A stretch of DNA of 63,010 nt, filler included, from an uncultured bacterium (GTDB taxonomy: Bacteria; CAYJRR01): NCBI GenBank assembly GCA_964372275.1. It is 12 parts of 12 records of this genome, joined end to end, with 100 filler letters (N's around TTAATTAATTAA, not from the genome) between each part and the next. Parts side by side here need not be neighbours in the genome. Positions count along the whole stretch, not along the records: positions 11,779 to 17,508 come from CAYJRR010000192.1; positions 17,609 to 23,287 come from CAYJRR010000193.1; 10 more parts are not named here. One strand, 5' to 3'. Each line of letters opens with the position of its first letter. Positions within the stretch are counted from its first letter, which is position 1. The notes under the pieces are model-generated. The model was not told where the DNA came from. It saw only the letters and a list, made by a program, of their open reading frames with translations, and made no database searches. Made by a program: the position numbers and the translations under genes. Below are positions 11,779 through 20,886 of this stretch, piece after piece.

Positions 11779-12143
11779 ATCGAAAGATCGGCGAGCGGGA
11801 CGCGAAACTCGAACCGGCCGGTTCCGGCGGGACGGGGATCGGCGCCGTACGGGCACTGGCCCGGCGGTGTGAAGGCGAACGGCGCCTCCTCGACGCAAAG
11901 GTGGGCGTCGGCGAGCTCGAACGCCGACGCCATCTCGTAGCGAACGACGAGCTCCGGACCGTCGATCGACGCGACGACCTCCCCGACCGGCTCCTCCCGG
12001 GCCCCCATCACGAACGCGTAGACGCTCTCCCCCGGCGCCGCATCGCGGAGCGTCCGGTCGACGCGCGCGCTTTGCTCGGATGGGGTCGCGCACCCGGCGA
12101 CCGCGATCCCAAGCGACGCGGCGATGACGAAGCGGACGTGCAC
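11779..12143 (-). CDS. Lipoprotein of unknown function, 3' truncated
   Basis: GTG start, signal peptide with lipobox AVAGC; HLCV...PPGQCPY. Confidence 0.7.
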
Positions 12144-12185
12144 GCGCGATCCCCCCCGGAGCGATCCAAGGGGTCCGGTGCAGCC

Positions 12186-12201
12186 GGCAGACCACGTGCC
12201 G
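12186..12201 (-). promoter_or_regulatory. Candidate sigma54 (-24/-12) promoter
   Basis: Minus strand CGGCAC-GTGGT-CTGC, about 45 nt upstream of the lipoprotein start. Confidence 0.45.
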
Positions 12202-12272
12202 CGCCGGTCGGGATTGGCGTGACGGCGGACCGACTTATCGGCGACCGGCGCGGCCACGCGGCGCGCCGGCGT

Positions 12273-12441
12273 GCGTGAATCGTTTCACGCCCGCCGGCCT
12301 GTGACGGCCCGCACGCTCCATGAAATCACCGTGAATGCGCCGCCTTGTGTGATCCGTGACGGTGCGCTCGGTCACGTTCGCGGAGCGGAACCGGCCCGTT
12401 TTTCACGGTTTGCGCGCCGAGTGGCGTGAATCGTTTCACGC
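12273..12441. promoter_or_regulatory. Two identical 18-bp palindromic operator/enhancer sites
   Basis: GCGTGAATCGTTTCACGC at 12273-12290 and at 12424-12441. Confidence 0.7.
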
Positions 12442-12472
12442 GAGGGAGGGCCGGCGACCCTGGCCGATCGGA

Positions 12473-13744
12473 CTACTGCGCGTCGTACTCGACCTTCACG
12501 TGCGCCCCGGGCGCCGGCACGTAGGCATCCTCGAAGCGGATCGAGTTGGTCATCGAGACGTACGACCAGCGATCGGTCGGCTGCGCGATGCCGTCGACCG
12601 TCACGTCGAGCGTCTCGACGTTCGGCACGTAGCTCAGGAAGAACTGGCCGGCGGCCGCCGCCATCTCGAACCCCAATCCTTGCAACGTGACCCCGAACTC
12701 GGGCTCGCAGATCGATCCGAACAGGCCGTTCGTCTGGTCGATCACCTGGTCGTAACGGGTTCCGGCCGCGGCCGAACCACCGGCGTTGTAGCAGCCCGAC
12801 GGCGCGGGACCGGCGATCGCCGCGAAGTAGACCCGCGACGGGTCGCCCCCTTTCACCGACACCACGTCGTCGACGTAGTCCGAGACCGGCCCCTGCGACG
12901 CGTCGTCCTCGTCGGTGACGAAGACGACGTAGAGTCGCGCGCCGTCGCGCAGGAAGCCGGCGTTGGTCGTCGACAGGAGCGACGGGGAGAGCGCGGCGAC
13001 GACCGCGTCGAGTCCCCGCTCGTTCGAGCTGCCGGTGGCACCGACCATGGCGTTGGCCTGGAAGCTCCCGAGCGGATCGGGGGTGGCCGGCGAGATCACC
13101 TTCGGATCGCCGCGGAACCGCCCCTGATGCTGCGGATTGACCATGTCGGTGGTGGCGACGGCGATGCGGTAGTCGATGTCGGCATCGACCAGCCAGGTCA
13201 TGAACGTCTCGAACGAGTCGGCGAGCTTCTGCTGCTTGTCGGTCATCGAGCTCGAGTTGTCGACGACGAACAGGAGATCGGCGAGCCCGCCGGCCTGGCT
13301 GCCCTGGGTGAAGTCGTCGACGACGTAGAGGAACGCCTCGCCCCCCACGGTGACGGTCGTCTGCGGCTCGTCCTCGTCGTCGCAGTCGACGATCAGCGCC
13401 GTGCCGAACAGTCCGTTGTCGTTGGGCGCGAACACCACGCGTACCGTGCGCGACTCGCCGCCCGACAGGATCCACGGCGCATCGACCGTCGGAACCTCGC
13501 CGTCGAGGCCGTAGCCGAAGGAGGCGGGCTGGAGGCGCACGGACGTGACGGTCAGCGGTTCGGCGCCTTGGTTTGCGATCTCGACCTCGGCGGTGTCGAT
13601 CGAGCCGTTTTCGATCCGGCCGAAGTCGATCGATGCCGGACTCACCGAGACGTCGGGACGGACTTGGAGGATGGCGAAGTCGTTGGTGCAGGCGCCGATC
13701 AGGAGAGTCGAAGCGATCGGCAGCGCCCTCTTCCACGTACGCAT
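12473..13744 (-). CDS. Lipoprotein with Ig-like (ASH/choice-of-anchor D-like) and vWA domains
   Basis: Lipobox LIGAC; VSPASIDFG..NQGAEPL..VVFAP; MIDAS-like DLLFVVDNSSSM, YRIAVATTD, VVFVTDEDD. Confidence 0.85.
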   Translation of the reverse strand: MRTWKRALPIASTLLIGACTNDFAILQVRPDVSVSPASIDFGRIENGSIDTAEVEIANQGAEPLTVTSVRLQPASFGYGLDGEVPTVDAPWILSGGESRTVRVVFAPNDNGLFGTALIVDCDDEDEPQTTVTVGGEAFLYVVDDFTQGSQAGGLADLLFVVDNSSSMTDKQQKLADSFETFMTWLVDADIDYRIAVATTDMVNPQHQGRFRGDPKVISPATPDPLGSFQANAMVGATGSSNERGLDAVVAALSPSLLSTTNAGFLRDGARLYVVFVTDEDDASQGPVSDYVDDVVSVKGGDPSRVYFAAIAGPAPSGCYNAGGSAAAGTRYDQVIDQTNGLFGSICEPEFGVTLQGLGFEMAAAAGQFFLSYVPNVETLDVTVDGIAQPTDRWSYVSMTNSIRFEDAYVPAPGAHVKVEYDAQ

Positions 13745-13792
13745 GCTCTTCCCCCGAAAGGCAAAGCGTGTTGGGCCGACGACCGACGTCAG

Positions 13793-13808
13793 AGCATCTG
13801 ATGTGCCA
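13793..13808 (-). promoter_or_regulatory. Sigma54 promoter of the vWA lipoprotein gene
   Basis: Minus strand TGGCAC-ATCAG-ATGCT; upstream AT-rich tract, IHF-like TTTCAA-CTGA-TTG (13850-13862) and dyad CGTCA-N6-TGACG (13882-13897). Confidence 0.7.
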
Positions 13809-13917
13809 TCTGTTCTCTTCCAGCAAACTAATTAAATTATAAGGAAAACCAATCAGTTGAAAATTCGATTCGGCGGAATGTCGTCAAGAATATGACGTCC
13901 TGCGACATTTGGACGCG

Positions 13918-13980
13918 TTGATGAGGATCACATTGGGATTTTGAGTCGCACCTTTGCGGCGAGGCGGAAGCTGGTATCGT
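13918..13980 (+). promoter_or_regulatory. CRP/FNR-family site plus extended -10 upstream of cstA
   Basis: TTGAT-GAGG-ATCACA (13918-13932); TGG-TATCGT (13972-13980). Confidence 0.5.
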
Positions 13981-14013
13981 CCGCCCCCGCGGACGCACGA
14001 CGCGAGGTCCTCG

Positions 14014-15756
14014 TTGAGCCTGGCCCTTCTGTTCCTGCTGGTGGTGGTCCTGCTCGCCGCCGGGTACCGCCTGTACGGCGAGCTCGTCGCCGCGCACTAC
14101 CGGCTCGACCCGGACGTCGCGACCCCCGCCGACGCGAAGCGGGACGGCGTCGACTTCGTCCCGACCCGCCCCTTCTACCTGATGGGGCAGCACTTCAGCG
14201 CCATCGCCGCCGCGGGACCGATCGTCGGACCGATCGCCGCCTGCCTCACCTTCGGTTGGCTGCCGTGCATCCTCTGGATCGTCCTGGGGGTCGTCTTCAT
14301 CGGCGCGGTGCACGACTTCTCCGCGCTGGTGGCGTCGGTGCGGCACGACGCGCGCTCGATCGCGGAGATCGCCCGCCAAAACCTCGGGCGGAGGGCGTGG
14401 CTCGCGCTGATCGCCTTCGTGTGGCTGGCGCTGGTCTACGTGATCGTCGCCTTCGCCGACGTCACCGCCTCCACGTTCGTCGGCAAGACGGAGGAGCTGA
14501 CCGGGGCGTTCGCCTTCAACCCGGGGGGCGCGGTCGCCGCGGCGTCGACGACCTACCTCCTGCTCGCGCTGCTGATGGGGGTCGTGGAGCGCCGGTTTTC
14601 TCCGCCGATCGCACTTCAGACGGCGATCTTCGTCCCGGCCACGCTGGCGGCGGTCTGGCTCGGCACGCGGATCTCGACCTGGCTGGTCTTCGACGCCACC
14701 ACCTGGGTGGTGCTGATCCTCGCCTACTGTTTCGTCGCGTCGCTCCTCCCCGTGTGGCTGCTGCAGCAGCCGCGCGGCTACCTCGGCGGTTTCGTGCTCT
14801 ACCTCGCGCTCGGAGTCGGCCTGGTCGGGGTCCTGTTCGGCGGCTTCGAGATCCGGCAGCCGGCGTGGACTCCGGGAACCGGCGGGATCGGCGCGTGGCT
14901 TTCGGCGGAGCCGGGCGGCACGGGGGCGCCGCGCCTCGACCAGCTCCTCTTCCCGTTCCTCTTCGTCACCATCGCGTGCGGCGCCTGCTCCGGCTTCCAC
15001 GGTCTGGTCTGCGGCGGGACCACCTCGAAGCAGATCGCCAAAGAGCCGCACTGCAAGCCGATCGGGTTCGGGGCGATGCTCCTGGAGGGGTTGGTGGCGG
15101 TGCTCGCGCTGGCGACGGTGATGATCGTCGCTCCATCCGACGTCGCCGGCCGGGCGCCGGGGAAGCTCTACGGCGACGGAATCGCGTCGTTCGTGTCGGT
15201 GCTGCTCGGGGAGGAGGCGTTCCTCTTCGCCGCCACCTTCGGGGCGATGGCCTTCTCGACCTTCGTCTTCGATACCCTGGACGTCGCCACGCGGCTGGGC
15301 CGCTACCTGTTGCAGGAGCTCACCGGACGGCAGGGGCGCGTCGCGGGGCTCGCCGCCGCCGCCGCCACCGCCGGGACGCCGATGGTGGTGCTCCTCTCGG
15401 CCGCGCCCGGCTCCTGGAAGGCGTTCTGGGTCCTGTTCGGCGCGTCGAACCAGCTGCTGGCGTCGTTGACGCTCCTCGGGATCACCGTCTGGCTCTACCG
15501 CACAGGCCGGCGCTACTGGTTCACGCTGCTTCCGACGCTCTTCGTGATGGCGGTGACGGTCTCGGCCCTAGCCCTGCAGGTCGTCCTGGGAGTCAAGGCG
15601 CTGCGCGCGGCGGGGAGCGATCGCGCCGGGGGCGCGATGCTGAACGCGGCGGTCGCCGCCGCGCTCCTCGCGCTCGCCGGCATCTTCATCGCCGAGGCGC
15701 TCCGGGCCGTCGCCGACGCGCGCCGCGCGAAGGCGACGGCAATTCCGGCAGGCTAG
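14014..15756 (+). CDS. cstA: Carbon starvation protein A family transporter
   Basis: TPA...DGVDFVPT, GQHFSAIAAAGPIVGP, GAVHDF, PVWLLQQPRGYL, TIACGACSGFH, FGASNQLLA; TTG start after GAGG. Confidence 0.93.
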   Translation: MSLALLFLLVVVLLAAGYRLYGELVAAHYRLDPDVATPADAKRDGVDFVPTRPFYLMGQHFSAIAAAGPIVGPIAACLTFGWLPCILWIVLGVVFIGAVHDFSALVASVRHDARSIAEIARQNLGRRAWLALIAFVWLALVYVIVAFADVTASTFVGKTEELTGAFAFNPGGAVAAASTTYLLLALLMGVVERRFSPPIALQTAIFVPATLAAVWLGTRISTWLVFDATTWVVLILAYCFVASLLPVWLLQQPRGYLGGFVLYLALGVGLVGVLFGGFEIRQPAWTPGTGGIGAWLSAEPGGTGAPRLDQLLFPFLFVTIACGACSGFHGLVCGGTTSKQIAKEPHCKPIGFGAMLLEGLVAVLALATVMIVAPSDVAGRAPGKLYGDGIASFVSVLLGEEAFLFAATFGAMAFSTFVFDTLDVATRLGRYLLQELTGRQGRVAGLAAAAATAGTPMVVLLSAAPGSWKAFWVLFGASNQLLASLTLLGITVWLYRTGRRYWFTLLPTLFVMAVTVSALALQVVLGVKALRAAGSDRAGGAMLNAAVAAALLALAGIFIAEALRAVADARRAKATAIPAG

Positions 15757-16448
15757 AGAACGTCGACCAGCTCGACCTCGAAGACGAGGGCGGCGCCGGG
15801 TTTGATCTTGGGCGGGCTGCCGCGACGGCCGTAGGCCAGTTCGGTCGGACAGGTCAGCCTCGCCTTGCCGCCGGCCTTCATCTTCTGCAGCCCTTCGGTC
15901 CAGCAGGGGATCACGCCGCTCAACGGAAACTCGACCGGTTTCTGGCTGGCGTCGAACTCGGTGCCGTCGACCAGGGTGCCGCGATACTTCACCCGGACCG
16001 ACGACATCGCCGTCGGACCCTTCCCGCTTCCGTCCGCGAGCGACTGGAAGACGAGACCGGAGGCGGTCTTCACCGCGCCCGGCTCGGCGGCGGCCGCCTC
16101 CAGCGCGGGGAGCGCGCGTGCGCGTTCGGCGTTGAACTCCTTGTCGACGCGCGCCGACTCGAACGCCTTGATGCGCGGTCCGAACTCCTGGAGAGCGACC
16201 TTCGGCGGCCGCTTGGCGAGGCTATCGCCCAGGCCTTGCTGCACGATCGCAATCTCCTCGCCGGTCAGATCGAACTGCCGGATGCTGTCGCCGATCACCA
16301 GTCCGAGCGCGTAGACCGTCTTCTCGTCGTCGGTGTCGAGCGCCGACGCCATCGCGGCGGTCCCCGCCGGTGCGGAGGCGCCAGGCCCGCATCCGGGAGA
16401 CGACCCGACCGAACCGACCAGGAGTGCTGCCAACGCGAGCCGATGCAT
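15753..16448 (-). CDS. FKBP-type peptidyl-prolyl isomerase (FkpA/Mip-like), exported
   Basis: YALG, TASGL, YRGTLVDGTEFDAS, VIPCWTEGL, LAYG, IKPGAALVFEVEL. Confidence 0.95.
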   Translation of the reverse strand: MHRLALAALLVGSVGSSPGCGPGASAPAGTAAMASALDTDDEKTVYALGLVIGDSIRQFDLTGEEIAIVQQGLGDSLAKRPPKVALQEFGPRIKAFESARVDKEFNAERARALPALEAAAAEPGAVKTASGLVFQSLADGSGKGPTAMSSVRVKYRGTLVDGTEFDASQKPVEFPLSGVIPCWTEGLQKMKAGGKARLTCPTELAYGRRGSPPKIKPGAALVFEVELVDVL

Positions 16449-16557
16449 GGGGACCGTCCTTTCCGAATGGAGGAGCCAGTACTACCACGCCCCGACCGTC
16501 GGTTCGGCGCCGCCGCCCCGGTGGCTTGGGCCGCTGGCCTCGCGGTAGAGTCGCGCG

Positions 16558-17508
16558 GTGATCCCTCTCGCGGCCTGGGCGCTCTCGGTCGTCCTCGGCG
16601 TTCCGTCGGGCGCGCGCGCGGAGGAAGGCGCGCTGCGGGTCTTCATCGACTGCGTCGACGGCTGCGACACCGACTTCCTGCGGACCGAGATCGACTTCGT
16701 CGACCACGTGCGGGAGGTGGCCTACGCCGACGTGCACGTCCTGGTCTCGAGCCAGGCGAACGGCGGGGGCGGGATCGACCGGGTGCTGCGACTGATCGGA
16801 CGGGGCCGGTTCGCCGGCTCGGACGCGCAGTTGCGGGCGAGCAGCCCGAGCACCGCCAGCGACGACGACGCGCGGCGGGCGCTGGCGAGAACCCTGCGGC
16901 TGGGACTGGTCCGGTACGCCGTCGATACGCCGCTCGGCGCAAAGCTCGACGTCACGCTCGCCGACGGGGAGGCGCGCCCGCCCCTCCGTCCCGGGGAGGA
17001 CCCCTGGAACGCGTGGGTCTTCAGCGCCCAGACCCGCGGCTATTTCGAAGGGGAGCGGTCGTCGTCGTCGACCTCGATCGTCGGCTCGCTCGACGCGGTG
17101 CGAACGACCGAGACGACGAAGGCGATCCTCGCCGGCGGCGGCGACTACAACCAGCAGTCGTTCCGGTTCGAGGATGGAAGCCGCTTCACGAGCATCGCCC
17201 GCGGCTACCACGGCCGCGTCGCCGCCTCGCGCGGCGTCGGAGAACGGGTCACGCTCGGCGCGCGCCTGTCGGGCCGCCGCTCGACCTTCTACAACGAAGC
17301 CTTCGGGATCCGCTTCGAGCCGGCGGCGGAGCTCTCCCTCTTCCCCTACTCCGAGGCGATCCGGCGCCGGCTGTCGGTCGTCTACCGGATCGGGGCGACC
17401 CGCGTGCGCTACCAGGAGCGGACGATCTTCGGCCACACCCGGGAGACGCTCTTCAACCAGTCCCTAACCGGCCGGGTGGAGTTGACGCAACCCTGGGGCA
17501 CCGTCAGC
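16558..17508 (+). CDS. Putative outer-membrane protein, 3' truncated
   Basis: Signal peptide; VFIDC..CD.DFLRTEI.FVDHVR; DPWNAWVF followed by amphipathic beta strands. Confidence 0.75.
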
Positions 17509-17609
17509 NNNNNNNNNNNNNNNNNNNNNNNNNNNNNNNNNNNNNNNNNNNNTTAATTAATTAANNNNNNNNNNNNNNNNNNNNNNNNNNNNNNNNNNNN
17601 NNNNNNNNC

Positions 17610-17792
17610 GTCGGCATCGGTTACTCGCTCCACGCGGGGCAGGTGATCGTCGCCGACGGCACGCCGGACGCCGCCCGACGGCTGGAGCGGGTGCTGAAGA
17701 GCGACCCGGCGCTCGGGGTGATGCGCCACGCCGACGCGGGGTACGACGAGGCGATCCGCTGCGCGAAGGAACGGGGCGTCACGATCCCGTAG
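17610..17792 (+). CDS. hutU: Urocanate hydratase, C-terminal fragment (absent from ORF track)
   Basis: [18 protein letters not shown]...[17 protein letters not shown]. Confidence 0.93.
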   Translation, partial: VGIGYSLHAGQVIVADGTPDAARRLERVLKSDPALGVMRHADAGYDEAIRCAKERGVTIP

Positions 17793-19035
17793 GCGTCCGC
17801 GGCCGACGGGCGAGGACGACGGCGAGCGCCAACAGCGCGAGCGACGCCGAGTCGGCGTGCGTTGCGCCGGCGGCCGAACAGCCGGCGGACGGGGGCGGAT
17901 CGGTATCGGTGGCCGAATCGGTATCCGTATCGGTATTCGAATCCGAGGCGGAATCCGATCCGTCGTCTCCGTTCCCGGGAAGCGCGCGCTCGGGGCAGCT
18001 GTCGAAGATGCCGAAGTAGGGATGGCAGGTGTACTCCATCGACCACGCGGCGGGATCGGACTCCCCTTCGACCTGGTAGTGCTCGCGCACGGAGAGCGCG
18101 GGGTCGAAGGCGAAGTCGAGGAGGCGGTCTTGGCCGCCGCTGACGAAGTCGAGGCCCCAGATCAGGCGGCCGTCTCCCTCGGAACCGAAATCGTCGGAGT
18201 TCCACTTCACCGGCACGGGATGCGGAAGGGTGAAGCCGCGGCCGCCGAGGTAGTCGACGGTGGAGACGCCGTCGAACGCCGTCTCGATCGCCCCCTCCGC
18301 CATCCCCCAGAGCGACTCGAAACCGAAGACGATGCCGTACTCCGCGTCGACCGCGTCCGGTCCGGAGACGTCGACCTCGACCGTCTCCGGCGGGCTGCCT
18401 GCGGCGGTGACGCGGTAGACGACGCCGTCGCCCGAGCCGAACTTCGCGCGGCAGGCGTCGTCGTCGGTGCACATCGTCGGGCCGTGTCCCTTCGCCTCGA
18501 TGAAAAGCCGGACGTGGCTGCCCTCGAAACCGGGCGTTCCGCTCTTGAGCGACGCCGGCCCCGACGTGACGGTGCCGTCGATCGCCCACGCGTTCCGGAA
18601 TCCGTGGGCGTCGCCGTCGAGGAGGATCGGCGTGCCGGCGTCGGCCCCGTCCTTGCGGACGGTGAGACGATAGTTCTCCTGGTCGTTTTCGTGGCACGCG
18701 AAGGGCGCGCAGACGACGTCCCAGTCGCGCGGATGGAAGAAGCCGTAGAAGAGGAAGAGGTGCGTCTCGGTCTCGATCGCCTCGACGTAGACCGACGCCG
18801 GGATCGGATGGTCGGCGGCGTTCGCCCAGTTGTCGGCGCCGAGAAGGTTCCCGTCGAAGTCGGCGCGCGTCAGGAGGTCGTATCGGCGGTTGCGCCAGTC
18901 GTTCGGGAAGCCGTCGGCGGTGTCCTGGTAGATCACCGGCGCGAACTGGATGGCCCGCTCGGCCAACGTCGCCGCCGATCCGCCCGCCGGCAGCGCCATC
19001 GCCACCGCCGATACGACCCCGATCGTCGTTCGCAT
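17779..19035 (-). CDS. Secreted protein with MYXO-CTERM-like sorting tail and NPP1/Vps62-like motif
   Basis: Signal peptide; [38 protein letters not shown] linker; C-terminal GCSAAG, hydrophobic helix, RR. Confidence 0.75.
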   Translation of the reverse strand: MRTTIGVVSAVAMALPAGGSAATLAERAIQFAPVIYQDTADGFPNDWRNRRYDLLTRADFDGNLLGADNWANAADHPIPASVYVEAIETETHLFLFYGFFHPRDWDVVCAPFACHENDQENYRLTVRKDGADAGTPILLDGDAHGFRNAWAIDGTVTSGPASLKSGTPGFEGSHVRLFIEAKGHGPTMCTDDDACRAKFGSGDGVVYRVTAAGSPPETVEVDVSGPDAVDAEYGIVFGFESLWGMAEGAIETAFDGVSTVDYLGGRGFTLPHPVPVKWNSDDFGSEGDGRLIWGLDFVSGGQDRLLDFAFDPALSVREHYQVEGESDPAAWSMEYTCHPYFGIFDSCPERALPGNGDDGSDSASDSNTDTDTDSATDTDPPPSAGCSAAGATHADSASLALLALAVVLARRPRTPTGS

Positions 19036-19129
19036 CGCCCCCTCCCCCGAAGGAGTCGGGACGATACCCCGCCGTTGACACGGATGTCAGCGGATGTTCG
19101 ACGCGCCCAACGCGACCGTCGGGTGCGTC

Positions 19130-20062
19130 CTAGGATCCGCCGTCGCCGCCACGGGTCGCCTCGTCGGGGCGATGGCGGATGATCCGCTGGGGCACCGGCG
19201 TGGCGATGCCGGCCTCGAGGAAGGCGCGCTGGATGCGCCGGCGCAGCTGCCGCGCGACGTCCCATTGCCGGCTGGGCGAGGTCTTCACCAGGATGCGCAG
19301 GTCGTAGCTCGTCTCGTTGAACTGCTCCGGGCCGATCAGCTCCGGCGGCTCCAACAGCTCCGGCCCCCACGTCGGATCGGCGCGCATCTCCTCGAACACC
19401 TTGCCCAGCACCTTCTCCACCCGCTCGACGTCGTCGTCGAAGTCGACGCGCAGGTCGATCACCGCCTTCGACCACCGCATGGTGCGGTTGGTGGAGACGG
19501 CGATCTGCCCGTTCGGCACGAAGTGCACCGCCCCGTCGGCCCCGCGCAAGATCGTCGTCCGCAGGTTGATCGTCTCCACCACCCCCGACTTGCCGGCGAT
19601 CTCCACCACGTCGCCGACGCGGTACTGGTTCTCGGTGAGGATGAACAGGCCCGTCAGCACGTCGCGCACGATCGACTGCGCGCCGAACCCCAGCGCCACG
19701 CCGAAGATCCCGGCGCCGGTCAGGAGCGGAAGGACGTCGGCCCCCAGCTCCCGCAGCACCACCAGTGAGACGACCAGGAAGACGAACACCTTGGCGGTGT
19801 AGTCGAGGATCTGCGCCACCGTCTGGGCGCGCCGCTCCCGCTCGGAGACGACGCTCGGGTCGTGGTCGTCGCCGCGGGAGAGGATCCGGCGCTCGAGCAG
19901 TCGCGCCGCCCGCAGCACCACCCAGCCGATCAGCACCGCCACCAGGATGCGCAGGCCGTGGGTCGACAGCCACGCGAGCATCACCCGTCCGGCCGCCTCG
20001 GTCGCGGCCCGACCGCCCTGCCCGATCTCGGTGATCGCCGGTGGAGCCGCGAAAAGCGACAT
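19130..20062 (-). CDS. mscS: Small-conductance mechanosensitive channel
   Basis: GAGIFGVALGFGAQSIVRDVLTG, ENQYRVGD, GVVETINLRTT, FVPNG. Confidence 0.93.
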   Translation of the reverse strand: MSLFAAPPAITEIGQGGRAATEAAGRVMLAWLSTHGLRILVAVLIGWVVLRAARLLERRILSRGDDHDPSVVSERERRAQTVAQILDYTAKVFVFLVVSLVVLRELGADVLPLLTGAGIFGVALGFGAQSIVRDVLTGLFILTENQYRVGDVVEIAGKSGVVETINLRTTILRGADGAVHFVPNGQIAVSTNRTMRWSKAVIDLRVDFDDDVERVEKVLGKVFEEMRADPTWGPELLEPPELIGPEQFNETSYDLRILVKTSPSRQWDVARQLRRRIQRAFLEAGIATPVPQRIIRHRPDEATRGGDGGS

Positions 20063-20100
20063 CGTCCGCGCACGATATCACGCGCCGCGGAGGACGGTGC

Positions 20101-20886
20101 TCACCGCCGCCCGGAGGTCGCGGAGAGCGTCGCGAGGAGCCGCCGCATCGCCAAAACGTCGCGGACGCGCAACTTCGCCGCCGTCGGGCGGGGCCGCGCC
20201 GCGACCAGGATCGTGACCGCGTCCTCGGTCGCCAGCGCGCCGTGGGCGTCCTCGTCGGTGGTGTCGTCCCCCGCGAAGNNNNNNNNNNGCCAGGCTCTCC
20301 GCGCGTCGCGGAGCAGCCGGAGCGCGGCGGTCCCCTTGGTCACCCCCGCGACCCTCGCTTCGGCGAGTCGATGCCCCCGCACCCGGACGATCCCGTTCTT
20401 CGTTTCGGCGGCGATCGCCGCCGAGAACGCGGCCTCCGCCCGGGCGGCCGCCGCCGGGCTCGCGCCGCGCGTGTGGAAGGCGACGCCCCCCGGACGCTTG
20501 TCCTCGACGCGCGAGCCCGGCAGTCGCGCCGCGTCCGCGCGGGCGCGCGCCAGGAGGCGATCGAGCGCGGCCCGCGCGCGCGCCGGCACCGGAACCCGGG
20601 CGAGTCGCCCTCCGTGCCACCGCTCGCGGCCGTGCAGCCCGACCACCTCGACGCCGCGCACCGCGACGATCCGCGCCGCCTCCGGCGCCCGCCGGCCGGT
20701 GACGATCGCCACCCGCGTCCGCGGGCGGCGGACCAGACGCTCGAGCGATCGCCGCACGCTCGCCGGCAACTTCACCCGGGCCGGATCGACGCGGAAGTCG
20801 GCGAGCGTACCGTCCAGGTCGAGGAGGAGCAAGAGCCCATCGCCGGCCCGGAGGCGGGGCTCCACCGTCGCGAGGACACTCTTCAC
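20101..20886 (-). CDS. otsB: Trehalose-6-phosphate phosphatase (10-N gap at 20279-20288)
   Basis: HAD motif DLDGTL, IVTGR, GLHG, VEDK, KGTA, GDDTTDEDA; GTG overlaps the otsA stop. Confidence 0.92.
   Translation of the reverse strand: MKSVLATVEPRLRAGDGLLLLLDLDGTLADFRVDPARVKLPASVRRSLERLVRRPRTRVAIVTGRRAPEAARIVAVRGVEVVGLHGRERWHGGRLARVPVPARARAALDRLLARARADAARLPGSRVEDKRPGGVAFHTRGASPAAAARAEAAFSAAIAAETKNGIVRVRGHRLAEARVAGVTKGTAALRLLRDARRAWXXXXFAGDDTTDEDAHGALATEDAVTILVAARPRPTAAKLRVRDVLAMRRLLATLSATSGRR

Noticed and set aside
17899-17960. ATCGGT-like hexamer repeats
   Set aside because: Explained by the Asp/Thr/Ser linker of the minus-strand protein
20279-20288. Possible otsB disruption
   Set aside because: 10-N scaffold gap; frame and HAD motifs continue on both sides
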